A stretch of DNA of 64,000 nucleotides, from contig NC_043026.1 of the NCBI RefSeq assembly GCF_006345805.1, positions 992,001 through 1,056,000 of the forward strand, given 5' to 3'. The DNA is from Octopus sinensis. Taxonomy: Eukaryota. The translations under genes were made by a program, and so were the position numbers. The notes beneath the pieces were generated by a model that had not been told where the DNA came from, did no database searches, and worked only from the letters and a program-made list of their open reading frames with translations. The first letter of the stretch is position 1. Each line of letters starts with the position of its first letter. Shown here in pieces: positions 63,669 to 64,000 of this stretch.

Positions 63669-64000
63669 CAATCTATCTATTTATCTGCATGTTTATCTAT
63701 CAATCAATTCACCTATGTATTGGTTTATCTATCTATCTTTCTATCTACATGTTTATCTGTCTGTCTATCTATCTATATGTTCGTCTGTCTATCTATCTAT
63801 CTATCTACTTATATCTATCAATCTGTACTTATATCTACTTATCCATCTATCAATGTATAACTGTCTGATCAATCTATCTACTATCCATCTATCTATCTAT
63901 ACTTATCCATCTATCTATCATCTACTATCCATCTATCTATCTATATACTATCATCTATCATCTGGATTACTTATCCATCTATTTATCATATCCTATCCAT
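63665..64000. repeat. (TATC)n compound microsatellite
   Basis: Direct reading of the sequence. Confidence 0.9.

Overview
AT-rich, repeat-saturated eukaryotic genomic DNA. The microsatellite density and the SINE/LINE families resemble those I recall from octopus genomes (inference, not verified). I found no credible host protein-coding exon, rRNA, true tRNA gene or CRISPR array, so this is probably intergenic or deep intronic sequence. Nearly all long ORFs in the track are artefacts of simple repeats. Supportable content: a decayed maT/DD37D-like transposase interrupted by a hAT MITE with an 8-bp TSD; LINE relics (RTE, RTE-X-like, Tx1/L1, CR1/L2-group, and R4/Dong-like restriction-endonuclease type); several tRNA-derived SINE families; TTAA-flanked piggyBac-type MITEs; a 40-bp minisatellite; and a 69-bp array built from an RTE 3' end. 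Most worth following up: minimal type-I hammerhead ribozyme motifs in three repeat families (one being a tRNA-headed SINE), a 5'-inverted RTE insertion with twin-priming geometry, tandem reiteration of retroelement 3' ends, four tight fold-back palindromes, and a CpG-rich 37-40 kb zone containing a triple ATGACGTAAT motif. I cannot claim a new protein-based system from this window.
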